A stretch of 60,445 nt of DNA, counting the filler, from Hausera hauseri (taxonomy: Eukaryota): the NCBI GenBank assembly GCA_046269625.1. It is 10 parts of 10 records of this genome, joined end to end, with 100 filler letters (N's around TTAATTAATTAA, not from the genome) between each part and the next. Parts side by side here need not be neighbours in the genome. Positions count along the whole stretch, not along the records: positions 55,657 to 60,445 come from JBJURY010435249.1; 9 more parts are not named here. One strand, given 5' to 3'. This document shows, in pieces, positions 60,248-60,445 of the stretch. A program made the position numbers and the translations under genes. Below the pieces are notes generated by a model. The model was not told the DNA's origin and did not search any database. It saw only the letters and a list, made by a program, of their open reading frames with translations. The first letter of the stretch is position 1. The number at the start of each line of letters is the position of its first letter.

Positions 60248-60445
60248 TTGTCTGTCTGTCTGTCTGTCAATCAATCAATCGGAAATCGTACGACGACGAC
60301 ATTTGTTTATAGTTGATAAGGTCGATGATGCTCTGTGGCGTTTTCTCAAGCCACTGCCAGCAAATTGTTTTTGACCGATTCAACGCCTCCCGGTGCAGCG
60401 CTTTTTATTTCTGACAAGGCGTGTTCCTTCAGTGATGGTAAAATC

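Overview
This window is ten separate contigs of an AT-rich animal genome joined by 100-nt artificial linkers (44 N + TTAATTAATTAA + 44 N): 1-4526, 4627-9833, 9934-14281, 14382-19661, 19762-24091, 24192-35745, 35846-40924, 41025-51064, 51165-55556 and 55657-60445. Adjacency across linkers means nothing. Host content: a 3-exon PQBP1 gene, one PKN HR1 exon, a Bcl-2-family 3' end, and decayed fragments of CCT3, AGL, KIFAP3 and a C-type lectin. Mobile content: Polinton/adintovirus-like remains (two pPolB pseudogenes, major capsid protein, adenain-like protease), a TBP-like ORF of uncertain origin, non-LTR fragments, MITEs and interstitial CCCTAA arrays. The main finding is a group of related, unusually complex Ty3/Gypsy elements on four contigs (1, 3, 8, 10). 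On contig 8 the order is: chuvirus/gB-like class III glycoprotein upstream of the protease; PR-RT-RNase H-IN; a Cys-rich/FN3-like type I membrane protein continuing from the integrase C-terminus; a conserved RNA hairpin; a splice acceptor/4-nt exon/donor module; an accessory ORF with a catalytically degenerate REX4/ISG20-like DEDDh domain; and a RING finger. A PPT and LTR start are seen on contigs 3 and 10, and a complete LTR plus tRNA-Arg PBS on contig 3. All calls come from reading and motif recognition by eye; no searches were run.
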